Part shown: piece by piece, positions 63,301 through 64,000 of the stretch
How positions within the stretch are numbered: the first letter of the stretch is position 1
How the letters are laid out: each line of letters starts with the position of its first letter
DNA from: Lingula anatina
Taxonomy: Eukaryota; Animalia; Brachiopoda
Assembly: GCA_051362555.1 (NCBI GenBank)
Contig: CM120649.1
Span: 19,792,567-19,856,566, forward strand
Length of the DNA: 64,000 nucleotides
Direction of reading: 5' to 3'
Translations under genes and position numbers: made by a program
The notes under the pieces: model-generated
Told to the model about the DNA's origin: nothing
What the model saw: the letters and a program-made list of their open reading frames with translations, nothing else
Databases searched by the model: none

Positions 63301-63947
63301 ACCCTCAAGGACGTGCTGAAGCAGTGCCGCGCGGCGCTGAAGAAGAGTCTGAGTAAGAGAGACAAGTGGGTGCGAGAATGGTGTGGTCAGATGTGTATTA
63401 CGTCCAGTCAGATGCAGTGGACACAGGACGTGACTAAAGCTCTGGCCACCTCTAAAGAGAGGGGAGATAAGAAGGCTTTGAAGAGCTTAAAGAAGAAACA
63501 GGTGTGTATACATTGATTTTGTAACTTAGAGCAAATTTGTGTTTTAAATTAATGGAAACAGAATATCAAATATTTATGATGTGCAAAGAAGAAGAAAGGC
63601 AATATAATATGAAAGCCATGGGAATAAAATGTATTAAAAAAATAATGCAAAGTTTTTATTAATTTAAAAGGGGCATTCCTTGGTTCAAGATTATTAACAA
63701 AATCATAGCATGAAAATGGCCTACAATGAGAACATGTCCAATGTTTTAATGTCCCCAGGTCTCCATGCTGTCCAAGTTCTCAGAAGCCATCCGTGGCAAC
63801 CTCACCAAGATCCAGCGTCTAAAGATTGTTGCCTTGGTAACCATTGAGGTCCATCAGCGTGACATCATAGAGCAGCTGATCAAGAGAGGCGTCAATGATG
63901 TCACAGCATTTGAGTGGCTCAGTCAGCTCAGGCTTTACTGGGAGAAG
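47211..63947 (+). CDS. DNAH2: Dynein axonemal heavy chain 2 (inner arm I1/f beta), tail and linker region, ~33 exons; continues beyond the window
   Basis: ATG 47211 (acidic N-terminus); peptides WPDSIKNDFAAQLHRFLASLTDTR, MIHWTRQIKEVL, GPLEEIEFWKNRCADLSGIS, IFAQVDAFIQRCKDL, MRPRHW, VQRQWMYLENIF, YLETKRQIFPRFYFISNDDLLEILG, VALVTIEVHQRDI, FEWLSQLRLYW; the N-terminal peptides match DNAH2 rather than outer-arm chains. Confidence 0.93.
48414..48803 (+). other. U12-type (minor spliceosome) GT-AG intron in DNAH2
   Basis: 5' site GTATCCTTT, branch site TTCCTTAAC at 48784-48792 ending 11 nt before the 3' end, no long pyrimidine tract; splicing gives in-frame W-P-D-S-I-K-N-D. Confidence 0.93.
53818..53880 (+). 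repeat. Short duplication of a DNAH2 donor junction (42-nt spacing)
   Basis: ATGATG/GTGAGTCATTGTCCC versus ATGATG/GTGAGTTATTATACC. Confidence 0.6.
57225..57352. mobile_element. Decayed Helentron/HINE-like terminal fragment
   Basis: AAAATTTCATCAAAATCTGTCCATAACTTTT ... ACAGACAAA ... CATTGGAGGAGG resembles a common HINE end of aquatic animals. Confidence 0.4.
59302..59495 (+). repeat. 101-bp duplication of a DNAH2 acceptor junction
   Basis: AACAATATCATGTGTTCTATTCTAG plus 68 nt of exon repeated; upstream copy starts 59327, real exon 59428. Confidence 0.95.
59706..59865. mobile_element. Copy of the ~170-bp MITE family in reverse orientation, one TIR truncated by an (ATT)n tract
   Basis: CAGGCCCGTAGCCAGGGGGG ... 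AAATTGCTGGCT followed by (TTA)n. Confidence 0.75.
60100..60316. repeat. Degenerate (GT)n then (CA)n microsatellite
   Basis: TG-rich tract followed by CA-rich tract, pure (CA)n at 60268-60316. Confidence 0.9.
61785..62175 (+). repeat. 73-bp tandem array copying a DNAH2 acceptor junction (four acceptors plus one decayed partial copy)
   Basis: CCATGTGTTCYAG/GACTG.T.GAGAG with the AG ending at 61933, 62006, 62079 and 62152; only the last continues as exon (GLLERLTQMNNKL). Confidence 0.94.
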
Positions 63948-64000
63948 GTGAGGAATTTGTAAGAGACTGATTTAGCCAAAATACAGGGCTTGTTTTTAAA

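Noticed and set aside
1-64000. tRNA, rRNA, snRNA or prokaryotic/horizontally acquired genes
   Set aside because: None recognisable by eye; a covariance-model search would be needed to exclude small ncRNAs

Overview
AT-rich, intron-rich metazoan (invertebrate-like) genomic DNA. Five protein-coding genes can be read by hand-splicing: (1) the last four coding exons of TMEM164 (+, 7856-9765) with a probable long 3'UTR; (2) a complete 16-exon PANK4 (-, 27695-17679) that keeps the kinase catalytic residues lost in human PANK4; (3) a five-exon, unrecognised type I membrane protein gene (+, 28246-36931), head-to-head with PANK4, whose first intron holds a nest of a young LINE, a long-TIR MITE and a non-autonomous DNA transposon; (4) a two-exon, TATA-driven secreted precursor resembling a neuropeptide prohormone (-, 41601-40231); (5) the 5' part of axonemal dynein heavy chain DNAH2 (+, 47211 to beyond the window), including a U12-type intron. 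Two patterns stand out. First, at least eight splice junctions in three genes are tandemly duplicated (2 to about 15 copies) into the intron, creating decoy splice-site arrays. Second, all 16 transition mismatches between the 152-bp inverted arms of the MITE in the LINE 3'UTR are G.U wobbles on the LINE sense strand in ADAR-like contexts, suggesting A-to-I editing written back into DNA by retrotransposition. Gene names rest on remembered similarity to known proteins, not database searches; coordinates were counted by hand and may be off by a few bases.
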